A DNA stretch of 63,447 bases, the filler included, from Reclinomonas americana ATCC 50394 (lineage: Eukaryota): NCBI GenBank assembly GCA_048213135.1. It is 6 parts of one record of this genome, joined end to end, with 100 filler letters (N's around TTAATTAATTAA, not from the genome) between each part and the next. Parts side by side here need not be neighbours in the genome. Positions count along the whole stretch, not along the records: positions 47,933 to 57,414 come from PS015028.1; positions 57,515 to 62,129 come from PS015028.1; 4 more parts are not named here. The stretch is one strand, 5' to 3'. A program made the translations under genes and the position numbers. Below the pieces are notes generated by a model. The model was given only the letters and a program-made list of their open reading frames with translations, was not told the origin of the DNA and made no database searches. Position 1 is the stretch's first letter; each line of letters opens with the position of its first letter. Shown one piece after another: positions 47,933 through 60,646 of the stretch.

Positions 47933-50900
47933 AAGTAATGCATGACTACTGCCTCTGCACACAAACCACTACTCTCTTGGCAAAGTCGGCCAGCTTGTCG
48001 AAATAGGCGTACGGGAGAACGTTGAGGATGTCGTGGGCCGACGCTTCGGTGAGCGACTGCGCTCGGATCCGCACGGTAACTGCGCGATGTGAGCATATGA
48101 GATGAAGTGAAGTAGCAGGCCACACACACACACAGCGACAAGTCACTCAACATGGCGGTGGTCCATCGGCCTCGGGCTGCGGTGTGAACAGCTCCACACC
48201 CACAGGTGGCGAATGCATCACGGCCATGTCTGCAGCCTGCATGCGCACAAAGCGACAGCATCAACACTCGTGTCCTGGGCAGGGCAAGCGAGGCACACAT
48301 ACGCAACAGTCAACATCCTGACGTCCACAATCACGAGATCAAACGACGGCTTGTGCTGCTTGATGCGTGGAATCTGTGTGCACGCAGAAGCGTGCAGTGA
48401 GCTCCCTGGTGTGTCGAGAAGAGAGCAGCCTTTGCTCCCGCTTCTCTCTCACATACACACACACACGCACCACTGCAACATCGATACGGCAGGCGGCGGT
48501 GACTGATGGTGGCATGTTTCCGACTTGCTGTCCGGCATAGTGAGCCACCAGACCAGCCATACTCAGCAGCATTTTTTTGTCGACATGACTGGGCAGCGAC
48601 GGGCCCTCATCATCCGGATCCAGCACATGGCCACCGATGTTCATGGGTGTGCCCAGCAGCAACAGATGCTCGTGCCGCTGTGTCACGACTCGAACACGAT
48701 TCTCCAGCACGTAGCACGTGAATGTCTGCGTCGCAACAAGCGGTAAGCTCCCGATCGCCTCCACACCGAGGATACACGCATGCAGACCTTGTCCACCGAC
48801 ACGTCGGGGTCGTACGCCGTCAGTGTCAATATCACTGGCACAATAGTATTTTTCTGCGCACAAAGAAAGGGTCAAATACGCAACACAACCAGGCAGCTTG
48901 CAGAACCGAAGAGAGGCAACACCGCACCACTTCGCTCTCAGTTGAGTTCTGCTGCGACACGCTTCCACTGCCGGCCGACGAGGACGACGCGCGGCCGCCC
49001 TTGCGCTTCTCCACCTTCTGCTTCTTCTTGCCCGCCGCAGCTGCGGTGTTGCCTGCGGCCTTTCCCTTTCCACGAGGACCCGCTCGCTCCTTCTTCCGGC
49101 GCTCACGGTCGGTCAAAAAGTACGACTCGTCAAACTCGTCGCCATCTTCACCACCGGCCCCACTCGCACCGCCCGCGCCAGCGCCATCGTCGTCGTCATC
49201 GTCGTCCTCCTCTCCAGTGTCGTCCTTGTCCACATCGCTGCCACTCTCGTCGCGCTTACCACCCGCCGGCGGCGTGGCTGCGTTGACCAGCGCAACAACA
49301 TCGTCGGCCGACATTTGCTGAGCGGCCTGCGTGCTCACCCGCTCGACCACAGCCTCCAGGTGTGCCAAGGTCGCCGGCGAGTGCGCAAGAGCGCCAAGAA
49401 TCTGATCTCCATCGCGCAACGCAGCCGCTCGATGCGCCAACATGGTTGCCACTCGCACCCTCTCCTCTGCCTCGTCGCTCTCTGTCGACCACGTAATCTC
49501 CACGACTTTCAAGAGCGGCTCGTCGTACGCAAACGCGCAGCCATCGGCGATGCTGCAGCAGCAATTGATAAGAGACTGACTGCGAACGAGAGCACACAGN
49601 NNNNNNNNNNNNNNNNNNNNNNNNNNNNNNNNNNNNNNNNNNNNNNNNNNNNNNNNNNNNNNNNNNNNNNNNNNNNNNNNNNNNNNNNNNNNNNNNNNNN
49701 NNNNNNNNNNNNNNNNNNNNNNNNNNNNNNNNNNNNNNNNNNNNNNNNNNNNNNNNNNNNNNNNNNNNNNNNNNNNNNNNNNNNNNNNNNNNNNNNNNNN
49801 NNNNNNNNNNNNNNNNNNNNNNNNNNNNNNNNNNNNNNNNNNNNNNNNNNNNNNNNNNNNNNNNNNNNNNNNNNNNNNNNNNNNNNNNNNNNNNNNNNNN
49901 NNNNNNNNNNNNNNNNNNNNNNNNNNNNNNNNNNNNNNNNNNNNNNNNNNNNNNNNNNNNNNNNNNNNNNNNNNNNNNNNNNNNNNNNNNNNNNNNNNNN
50001 NNNNNNNNNNNNNNNNNNNNNNNNNNNNNNNNNNNNNNNNNNNNNNNNNNNNNNNNNNNNNNNNNNNNNNNNNNNNNNNNNNNNNNNNNNNNNNNNNNNN
50101 NNNNNNNNNNNNNNNNNNNNNNNNNNNNNNNNNNNNNNNNNNNNNNNNNNNNNNNNNNNNNNNNNNNNNNNNNNNNNNNNNNNNNNNNNNNNNNNNNNNN
50201 AGTTGCAGTCGACTCGGCATTGCTGTCGCACGAGGAGCGCGACAAGTGGATCGACGTGAAGTCGTGCAGTGTGGAGCTCAAGCTCCGACAGGCGCAGTTG
50301 CGTGGACGTGAAGAGACGCGCGTGTGTGTGTGCGTCGTGGCTGATGTGCACATCTCTCCACGTGTCTGCCCTTCCGCGCGCGCAGAGCACTGCTGCAGTA
50401 TGCGCGCAAGGTGCATGAGCTGCGTGACGGGAGTGGAGTCGGCAAGCGGTATCCGCGTGCGAGCTCAGAGAACAACACGCTGAAGCTGGTGTGCATTGAG
50501 TGATTGCGCTGCTGTGGTGTCATTGTCGGTTTTTTTTTGCGCTCAACAGCAGCGCGCAGTTGGCCGAGTCGCTCGGGAAGCAGGTGCGATCGATTGACGC
50601 CGATGAGCATGGCGTTGTGGTGCATCTCGACGGGCACAGGTACCTCTCCTNNNNNNNNNNNNNNNNNNNNNNNNNNNNNNNNNNNNNNNNNNNNNNNNNN
50701 NNNNNNNNNNNNNNNNNNNNNNNNNNNNNNNNNNNNNNNNNNNNNNNNNNNNNNNNNNNNNNNNNNNNNNNNNNNNNNNNNNNNNNNNNNNNNNNNNNNN
50801 NNNNNNNNNNNNNNNNNNNNNNNNNNNNNNNNNNNNNNNNNNNNNNNNNNNNNNNNNNNNNNNNNNNNNNNNNNNNNNNNNNNNNNNNNNNNNNNNNNNN

Positions 50901-51477
50901 NNNNNNNNNNNNNNNNNNNNNNNNNNNNNNNNNNNNNNNNNNNNNNNNNNNNNNNNNNNNNNNNNNNNNNNNNNNNNNNNNNNNNNNNNNNNNNNNNNNN
51001 NNNNNNNNNNNNNNNNNNNNNNNNNNNNNNNNNNNNNNNNNNNNNNNNNNNNNNNNNNNNNNNNNNNNNNNNNNNNNNNNNNNNNNNNNNNNNNNNNNNN
51101 NNNNNNNNNNNNNNNNNNNNNNNNNNNNNNNNNNNNNNNNNNNNNNNNNNNNNNNNNNNNNNNNNNNNNNNNNNNNNNNNNNNNNNNNNNNNNNNNNNNN
51201 NNNNNNNNNNNNNNNNNNNNNNNNNNNNNNNNNNNNNNNNNNNNNNNNNNNNNNNNNNNNNNNNNNNNNNNNNNNNNNNNNNNNNNNNNNNNNNNNNNNN
51301 NNNNNNNNNNNNNNNNNNNNNNNNNNNNNNNNNNNNNNNNNNNNNNNNNNNNNNNNNNNNNNNNNNNNNNNNNNNNNNNNNNNNNNNNNNNNNNNNNNNN
51401 NNNNNNNNNNNNGCAGACGAACCACTGGCACTTCCCGCTGCGGAAGCTGCTGCTGCTCGTCGAGTCGCCGATGCCAT
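47933..51477 (-). CDS. Hypothetical multi-exon protein with acidic and basic (NLS-like) tracts; internal contig 50201-50650 appears inverted
   Basis: ATG at 51477; frame-consistent exons 49599 to 47933; contig 50201-50650 has coding exons and GT-AG introns on the + strand. Confidence 0.55.
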
Positions 51478-51582
51478 GGCAAACTTCTACGCTTCTCACA
51501 CACACACGCACACACACTACGTAGTGATTGAGACAACGCGCGGACACCGACTGTGCAGGACATTGTGATTGCGCCAAACAAC

Positions 51583-52294
51583 ATGGGCAAGGATGACGAG
51601 GCGACTCAGCTGCCGCTCGCTCGCGTGCGCAAGGTGTGCAGCGCCGACCGACACGTGCGCCCACCTGTTCGCTCACTGCATCATATGTGTGTGTGTGTGT
51701 GCAGGTGATGAGGACAGACCCCAACATCAGCGCCGTGTCACAGGTGTGCTTGTTGTTGTCGTGCTTGTCGCTCGCCTGTGTGCTGATGTGTATCGCTTGT
51801 GCGTCTGTAGGACGGAGCTGTGCTGATGGCCAGAGCCACTGTTGAGTGCATGATGAAATCATGGGAAACCCCCCTCACTTGCACTCGCTCACTGTCATCT
51901 GTGCCACAGGAGCTGTTCCTGCAACAGCTGCTCACTGACTCACTCGAACACACACACGCCGATCGACGCAAGGTCGTGCAGTACAAGGACGTTGGTGCGT
52001 GCACTCGTCTGTCACTTGTCTGTGGTGCCGCTCTCTCTTTCTCTCTCTCTCTCCCTTCTCTCTCTCGTTCCTCCCGCGTGTAGCCACAAGTCAGCGCGTC
52101 CCTGCACTTACATGCGAGCACAGCAAATGCCGTCAAGAGGGAAGAAAAGTACTACTTCCTCTCCGGTTCGTGTGCTTTCTACTCTGTTTTCCTGCTGTGC
52201 GTCGGCTCACACTCGGCGTCTTGTCTGTGCAGACATGGTGCCACAAAAGATCAGCAAACGTGACCTTGACGAAATGTCCAAGGGCATCAAATGA
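51583..52294 (+). CDS. H2A-like histone-fold protein, POLE4/CHRAC1 (Dpb3-like) family, 6 exons
   Basis: TQLPLARVRK|VMRTDPNISAVSQ|DGAVLMARAT|ELFLQQL...RKVVQYKDV...YYFLS|DMVPQK. Confidence 0.88.
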
Positions 52295-52497
52295 GGAGCA
52301 GGCTGCGACGACAACAACTTGTGGGGAAAGTGAACAGCAACAGCATGCGTACGCAAGAAGCACTGCCGCGGCGGCGACGTCTTGTATATTACAGAGTATG
52401 TTACACACACACAGGGGGGGTGGGGGAGAAAGAGGGAGACGTCGCCGCGGGGGCGTGCTTGTTCTGTAGGGTTGTCGCAGCTCTGCGATGCAGCAGC

Positions 52498-52882
52498 TTA
52501 TTCGAAGGGGCACATGGCCCACGACATCTCCTCGGCCAGTGGGGTGCGAGGATGATTCTGTGCAGTTGCGAGTGAGTTGCGAGACAGGAAGAATACCACG
52601 AGGCAACACGGGTGAGGGAATCTTTCGCACCTGGTCCGAGATGACAATGGTCTGTGCGGTGGAGACAGCGAGGACACAGATGACGAGAGGAGCGATCAGA
52701 ATGGAGATGGTGACATGAGTGCACGCACACACACACACACACGTGCTATGCAAGCGCACCGTGCTCACGAGCGATCCGGGCGCCTCGACCATGTCGACGA
52801 ACCGGCGGCCGTAGCGCGTCTCCTCCATCATGCGCGTCTCGCGCATCACAAAGTTGTCGTCGTTGATATCTTTCTTGTCCAT
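52498..52882 (-). CDS. Small (about 67 aa) hypothetical protein, 3 exons
   Basis: MDKKDINDDNFVMRETRMMEETRYGRRFVDMVEAPGSLVST|TIVISDQ|NHPRTPLAEEMSWAMCPFE* via two clean GT-AG introns. Confidence 0.6.
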
Positions 52883-52998
52883 GTTGGCGGGGTGAGGTTG
52901 GCGTACGGCACGAGAACAAAAAAACAGTGGAGGAAAAACCAGGAAGAATCTGGGTGCGCCACCCCGACCCCTGCTTGCACGGCAACTATTATGGGATC

Positions 52999-55900
52999 AT
53001 GAAGTCGCTCTACGGGGTTGTCGTGTGACAACGCTCATGCACCCAGCCCCGATCCAATGTGCATGCGCGGTCTCTCTTCGCACTGCCGCCACTTTCGAGC
53101 ACCACCGATCTTTGTGTAACCGAGCCGTCTACAGTAAAACTGTCCGTTTCCTCCCCTCTCTCATGTTTCCAGCGCTGGTGCCTCCCTCTCTTCCGCCACC
53201 AGGCGGTGGCGGTGGAGGTGGAGTGACAGCAGGCGAGTCGCAGTTGTCTCCTTCACGTCTCCCTCAGTCCTCACATTCATCCATCACCGCAGTGCACTCG
53301 CACTCACACTCGACCACCCGAGTGCGCACGGCCGACGACGTTGCTGCGGCAGTGATGCACGGCAGCGATGAGCACGTCGGTGACCTGTCTCCTGGTCTGT
53401 ACGGCTGGGACGATCCGGTGTCGGCCAACTCGTCGCCGTCGCGGAGTCGGGCGTCGCAACCAGCCAGCGCACGGACAACCTCTCCTGCGCCTGGCTCCGT
53501 GCGGTCATCGTCACCCAGCAAACCAGTGAGTCGTGGCTCATCCAGTGCCGCAGCGGCGGCCACCGGAGGGCCGGCATCGTCCGCTGATTTCGCCGCCATG
53601 TGGATCTCACATGCGGTCAATGCACCGCCTGTCGGCAGTCGACAATCGCACCACAGCGGCACTGTTTCGCCGTCGACAGCGGCGCACTCGGCGTCTCCGC
53701 AGAGGCAGCAACAGGGCACTGGCACCTCCTCGCCACTGCTACTGCTGGAGCCGGCGGAGAGGGGCAGGACTCTTGTTTCACAGTCGTTCGACTCGTCGAT
53801 CCTGCCGGTGGCGACAGCCGGCGCCACTCGGCGTTCACCGACCGTCATGTCCATGCGTCGATCGCCACCGCCTCCAGCGTCCTTTCTCAGCGGTACCGCG
53901 GGTCCGACTGCGACGGCTGCGTTGCAGCAACAGCAGCAGCAAGCGGGAGCTTCCAAGCGGCGCCAGTTATCGTCACATCCACAACAACAGACCGAGTTGC
54001 GAGACGCTGCAGAGCAACGTGCGTCGCCGTTGCTCGGTCGCGACTCGCACGACGTGATGCGCTCGTTGAACAAGAAGCGACCAGTACCGGCACTGTCGTC
54101 GTCGTCGTCGCCGTCGTTGGTGCCCGCAGGTTGGTCGTCCTCTGTTTTGCACACCCATGTTTATGCATTGCTGATCGCTGTCGCACAGGATCGCCTGACG
54201 CCACCAGAGACGCCAGCACGAAACCTCCCACGCGAGTGATTGACAAGCTGTTGCAACACGAGACCGACAACATCTCGCGGCTGGCTGGCGGCGATCGTGA
54301 GACCAACCGCCGAGCCAAATCCCGATCGCCGTCGCCGACTCCCCTCGCCCCGCTGGCACACACCGCCGACCTCGGGGCCACTACTGCACCACAGCAGACG
54401 GCGACCGGTGCGCTCACCGGTGCCAGTCGCATGGAGTCCATCAAGAGCAGCGTCATCTCCAAGACACCCATGCCGCCACCCAGCACCGTCATCAGTCGGA
54501 GACCAAGTGTGAGCATTGCGTCGCTGATAACTGGCGGCTCCGCGTTGCCGGACCATTCAGCTTCGCCGCCGTCGTCGCCGCCGCTGCACCACAGCCGTTC
54601 TCGGGGCGAGTCAAGTCCCACCGGCGACAGTCCCACCGGCCTTCGTCACAAATCACGATCGTTGCGTCGCGCTCATGGAACACACACGATAGTTGTCGCA
54701 CTGAGCATGCTCGCATGCGCGCAGACCACAAATTGTGCGAGTGCCCGGTTTCGATACATTCAGCTTCCGAAACCGCTTGCTGCGCAGCGAGTTTCCACAG
54801 CACCTGGAGCACGTGCTCATCGAGGGCGAGATCGTCGCTGAACAGCAACCAAGGTTTGTGAGTGGGACCGGCGCGCGATATCAGTAATACTGAAAAATTA
54901 ACATTTGCGCAGCAACTCGCCTGCCTCTCGTCACAGTCGACTGGAAGCCGTGCGGGAAGTACTTCGTGAGTACGATTGTGTTTTTGTAGGTAGGCATCCT
55001 TTTCACGAATGCGTTTGTATTGATCTCGGTTTCGTCAGGGATTTTCATGGATCGATTCGCTTCGTACGAACCTGTATTCATGCAAGTCATGAACGTGTAC
55101 GAATCGTACGTAGACGAATGCATCGAGTTGCGTTCGCTGGGGTGCTCACCACCCTTGAGCCCTCTTTCTTGCCAACACATTTGCCTTCTTGTGTTGTCGC
55201 ACCAACAGAAAGCAGCGTGAGCATGGCAGCTCAGACGAGTCCGATCAGACCGTCGAGTCGTTGCCGCTTTCATCGCCGAACGGGCGTGCCACTATTGACG
55301 TGAGCAACAGCGGAGCCCATGCACAAAAGGCCGTTGTGTCGCGTACAAAGTCGTCCACAGCACTACCGCGTGCGCAGCCGCCGCCAGTGGACGAGGAAAT
55401 TGTGTCGGCGTTGCAGCAGCAGATCGAGGAACTGGAGCAGCGGAGTTGCGCCGATAGAAAAAGTCTCTCTTGCAAACTCTCTTCTCATCCTCGCATNNNN
55501 NNNNNNNNNNNNNNNNNNNNNNNNNNNNNNNNNNNNNNNNNNNNNNACCCCCCGGCAGGGACTGCACTGAACATTGAGGTGGCCGAGAAGCAACGCCAAC
55601 TCGAGGCCCTAGAGCAAGAAGTCAGCCAGACGCGACGACAGGCCGCCAGCGAATTGATGAAAACCGACGAGGGCCGTGTGGAGCAGCTGTCAGCAGAAGT
55701 CACATTTTGGCAGGCCAAGGCCCGTGCTGTGGAGCGAGACGTCACCGAGCGCGCCGTGGCCAAGATTCGCGAGGCCCGAGACGAGTTTCGCGACATGTAT
55801 CAACAAAAGGTACACCGATTTCGATATTGCGAACTTGTCGCACGTGTGCCAACGCGCATATTTCACTGTCGCAGGTGGAGAAGACTCGGCGACTGGAGCG

Positions 55901-56892
55901 AGCGGTCGAGGTGTTGCGCGCACGCAACTTGCTCCTTGTACAGGAGCTGCAACGCGCGTCGGACGAGCTGCTTCAGTTCCGCGAGACAAGTCGGGGCAAG
56001 GCGCCCGACTGGCGTGGCCTCGCTGTGAAACCGGCCATGCCGCACAACTTCCTCACCTTGGCCTACATGCACGAAGCACAGGCAGCCATCGAGCTGTACG
56101 AGGCAATGCCGGAGCCGCCTGGTGCGCACGAACACTTTGCAATTGCGGTGACCGGCGACCATGAAGCCGCGACCGCAGCTGCTGGTTCTGCCGATGAGCA
56201 ACCGCCACACACGCCACCGCCACCGCCGCCATTGACAGTAACGGGAGCCGCAGCTGCGGAAGAGAGTACGCAACCGCCAGCAACCGATCCACCGCTTCCC
56301 GTGGAAGACTGGAGCCTCGAGAGCAAGTTCGATCACAAGTCGGGTGCTCTCGACCACGCGCTCGGCGACGGGTTTGTAAGCGACGGTATTCTGCTGGAGA
56401 CGGCGAATGCGCTCGAGTTGCGTTCACCACCATTTGTGTGTGTGTGTGTGTGTGTGCTGTGCTCCCCGTACTGAGGCGTTCCCGCAGAATGGCCAAGTCG
56501 GTGGCCATGCATCCGTTGGAGGACGTCAAGAGTCCGTCGCTGACCGAGCTGCGCAAGAGCCGACGCTACGTCGCTCGCGAGGAGACGGAGAATGTCGACG
56601 CTGCACTGATCACGGGACAGAGCGCCGAACTGGGCATGCTGCAGGATGCCATGGAGCGTGAGGAGCACATGCAAGAGCGGTTGTTGGCAGACCGTCAAGC
56701 TCGCCGCTCCTNNNNNNNNNNNNNNNNNNNNCGCCCGTCGTCGTGCACTCCATCGAGGCTGAGGCCAGTCGGCACCAACGACGCGCTTCACGTCTCCTCG
56801 AGCTCGACGACATGCTGCACCTCACACAGCAGCCTGCAGCCACATCGCCTCACTCGCACCGCTCACAGCTCTCTCACTCTGCCGCTGAATGA
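52999..56892 (+). CDS. Coiled-coil protein with TSNAXIP1 N-terminal-like domain after a long Ser/Pro-rich region
   Basis: RLEAVREVL|GIFMDRFASYEPVFMQVMNVYESYV resembles the TSNAXIP1_N consensus; heptad-rich downstream exons; start uncertain. Confidence 0.6.
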
Positions 56893-56922
56893 AACAGGGG
56901 GATGGCACTCTTCACTCACTCT

Positions 56923-57262
56923 TCACACACTGCTCTTGTTGCTGGACCCGCTACTTGCGTCGCCCTGTGGCGACCCGTCGGGTGCATACTTGTGCGGGTG
57001 CGGATCCGGAAACTCCGAGTGCACCTGCTCCTCCGACAGCGGCTTTGCCTTCTCTACCTTCTTATTCGACGACGACGACGACCACGTGCTCCACACGTAC
57101 ACCACACCCGCTGCGCATCAAGCGAAGAACAAGATAACTGTTGAGCCACAATGTGAATGATTCTCTCGCTGCCTCACTCTTCTCATCCACGTTACCTGCA
57201 CCGCCCCACAACGCAATCTCGCGGCCCCATCGCTGCACAAAGGAGCCAAGGTGAGAAGACAT
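56923..57262 (-). CDS. Small single-TM protein, possibly complex III subunit QCR10/UQCR11-like
   Basis: MSSHLGSFVQRWGREIALWGGA|AGVVYVWSTW... after one GT-AG intron; W-x6-WG-x-(A/G)-rich helix pattern. Confidence 0.4.
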
Positions 57263-57514
57263 CCGTCGCAAGCGCGCGCGTGCGCGGGAGATTGTATCGC
57301 TGCGTATCGTCCTTCACGCGTCCCGCGCGCGCGCACACACACGCAAACGAAGGAACGACGAGAAGAGAGAGAGGAGAGGCACACGTGCGCACGGTGTACG
57401 CACGAGTCGCAAAANNNNNNNNNNNNNNNNNNNNNNNNNNNNNNNNNNNNNNNNNNNNTTAATTAATTAANNNNNNNNNNNNNNNNNNNNNNNNNNNNNN
57501 NNNNNNNNNNNNNN

Positions 57515-60500
57515 CGCCAGTGGCAGGGCCTGGGACGATCACGTCCGCGAAGACAGCAACCAGCTCGGCACGAGCCCGTGTCCGCAGGAATGCAACAGCA
57601 GCCGCTCCACTGGCATGTGTCCTCCCCGACGCATCCGCAGCGGTCGAGCGGCCCCGGGAGTCACCGCTGTCATTGTCGTCGGCATTGTCGTCGCCAATGT
57701 CGGTCGATTCACCCGGTGGGGGTGCGCCGTCACCGTCGTCACCGTCCACCGCAGCATCGGCGTCCGGGCGAGCGCGAAGGAGACACACAGCGGCGGCGGC
57801 CAAGGCGGCGGCGGAAGCCAGTGCTGCGATGGCGAAAGCCGTGGTGAATGCGGGAGTTGCGCCTGCGCACCCGCAAGCCAAGCGCGGAAAGCGCGTTAGT
57901 TCTGCTGCTGCTGCTGCTGCTTCTGCTACCACCGCTACGACGCGCAGCAAGCGAGGAGACTNNNNNNNNNNNNNNNNNNNNNNNNNNNNNNNNNNNNNNN
58001 NNNNNNNNNNNNNNNNNNNNNNNNNNNNNNNNNNNNNNNNNNNNNNNNNNNNNNNNNNNNNNNNNNNNNNNNNNNNNNNNNNNNNNNNNNNNNNNNNNNN
58101 NNNNNNNNNNNNNNNNNNNNNNNNNNNNNNNNNNNNNNNNNNNNNNNNNNNNNNNNNNNNNNNNNNNNNNNNNNNNNNNNNNNNNNNNNNNNNNNNNNNN
58201 NNNNNNNNNNNNNNNNNNNNNNNNNNNNNNNNNNNNNNNNNNNNNNNNNNNNNNNNNNNNNNNNNNNNNNNNNNNNNNNNNNNNNNNNNNNNNNNNNNNN
58301 NNNNNNNNNNNNNNNNNNNNNNNNNNNNNNNNNNNNNNNNNNNNNNNNNNNNNNNNNNNNNNNNNNNNNNNNNNNNNNNNNNNNNNNNNNNNNNNNNNNN
58401 NNNNNNNNNNNNNNNNNNNNNNNNNNNNNNNNNNNNNNNNNNNNNNNNNNNNNNNNNNNNNNNNNNNNNNNNNNNNNNNNNNNNNNNNNNNNNNNNNNNN
58501 NNNNNNNNNNNNNNNNNNNNNNNNNNNNNNNNNNNNNNNNNNNNNNNNNNNNNNNNNNNNNNNNNNNNNNNNNNNNNNNNNNNNNNNNNNNNNNNNNNNN
58601 NNNNNNNNNNNNNNNNNNNNNNNCGGCGGCAGTGCCGAAGGGAGTGGCCACACCGACCATCAACCTTCCACCACCGGTGCCGTTGCCTATCGTACAACCC
58701 GCCAGTTCGGGTCCTCGATCGCCCGCCGGTTCCGCCGGCAGTGGTACGATGGTGCAACTGGTGTCGACGGGGCTGGAGGGCGACTTTGGGCTCCGGTTGT
58801 CGCCGCCGTCTGCACCGACAGGCGCTCCAGCTGGCTTGAGTGGTCGGTCATCTGCTTCTCTGTCGCCATCGGTGTCTTCGCCGCCGGGGCATCAGTCCAT
58901 GGTACTTGCGTCTCCTGTCCCGCTGCCGCCACAGCTCGCGTCGTTGACGCCTGTGGGTGAGCGTGTTCACGTGACGGCGACTGCGCTGCCGACGACGGTC
59001 ATGCGCCCGCCGCCAGTTCTACCTGGACCGTCGTACATTGCTCATCAACCGAATTCGACTCTGGCGCCCACCTCTCGTCGTATGACGGCTGATAGTGGCT
59101 ACCCGCTTCCAGTTCTCGGTGCACAGTTTAATATGGCGGTGATTGGTGGTGCTGGCGTAGGAGGCTCCATGGGACACCCGTTCGCGGCTGTGGCAGGTGG
59201 CGGCCTGCCGTCCCTTGGAGAGGGATTTCATGTTCCTCCGCCATCATCGACGCCAATGTACTCCTTGGTGCCATCTACCACCACGCAGACGACGATGGCG
59301 CCAGCTTCTGGCCCGCAGGCCGGCTGGTTGACGGGGAGCCGGTTGCAGTGGCAGTCGCCGACCGCCGTGAACTTGCCACAGCCGGAGACTAATGCGTTTT
59401 CCTGGCGTTGCGTGATGGATGGCAAAAGAGACGAACGAGTGTGATACACGAGATGGACTCACTTGTGCATGCTGTGTATAGCAGCGAATCCGATGCGCTT
59501 GCCGTTTCCTCCATCCGCCGGTCCAGCGCCGCCGACATCGGATATTTATCGGCAGGGTCTGAGTTGCGTGAGAGGCGGGTGAATGTTCTGCCGCTTATGG
59601 TTGCATTTCTGCTGACTCCTATTTTTTTTTTTGCTCTCTGCCAGGTCCGTCTCCAGACGACGAGAAGCGATCCGAGGAGTGCGCACAGCCGCACGACAGC
59701 CATGAGCATGGTCCCGATCGGCATATCGGTGTGTTTGTGGTGCACGTTTTCTTGTTGATTGGTTGTATGAGACTGAATGCTGGCGTAGATATGGATGCCG
59801 ATGACCTTGTAGCGGCGCTGTACGACGCGTATGTGCCGTCGGCCGACGACGTGCACCCACCAACTCAAGGATCCGGGCCGTCGTCTGACGAGTTCGTCGC
59901 ACCGCTGTCGCCAATGCCGGAGGTGGACGAGCTCTCTTCACCTCCATCTCCGTCGTTGCCACCGTCCGCACCTGTAGCGGACGCGCGACTCCAGATGCAG
60001 GAGCAATTGGTGACGTTGTCCGGCGGCGGTGGCGACGTGGAGATGAGCATGCCAGTCGTCGCCGTTGGCGGTGAGGGACACTCGGCGTCGGCATCGTCGA
60101 GAGCAACACCTGTCGACGACGCTGTCGGCGCCAAACCACGCGGAGGCAAGCATGGTAAGTGTGCTGGCGGCTGGCGAACTCGCAGGCTTCATCTCACCGA
60201 CTCTTGTTCGCGCAGCAGGTTCCGTTGCACCACATTTCACGTTGCCGTCGGCCGACCGAGTTCTGGAAGGTGCGACTTGCTGTCCGTCTGTATTCTCCAC
60301 CCCATTACTCAGTGGCGATGATGATGATGATGCGTAGAATACACGAGCCATGGAGGGGCTCCGCTGCCGGACAGTGCTGGTACGCGTGCGATTGACCACA
60401 GTGTGGAAGAAGAGGTAGAAGAAGTGTCAGTGGTGCTCATGTGTCTTGCAGAATGGGATGCCGATGCCCGCAAGGCAAAGTCCTCGGCTTCACGACGTGC

Positions 60501-60615
60501 AAATGCAGGTGAGAAGTCGTACACCCGGCGGTCGGGAAGGACGCTCGCTGTGATGGCAGCGTCGCGATCAGCGGCCGCCAATGTCGGTGTGCCTGCCGAT
60601 GTCAGTGAAACGACA

Positions 60616-60646
<31 letters not shown>

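Noticed and set aside
57117-57139. Apparent in-frame TGA (ILFFA*CAAG) suggesting stop-codon recoding
   Set aside because: Removed by using the downstream CAG acceptor; TGA, TAA and TAG all act as stops in conserved genes here
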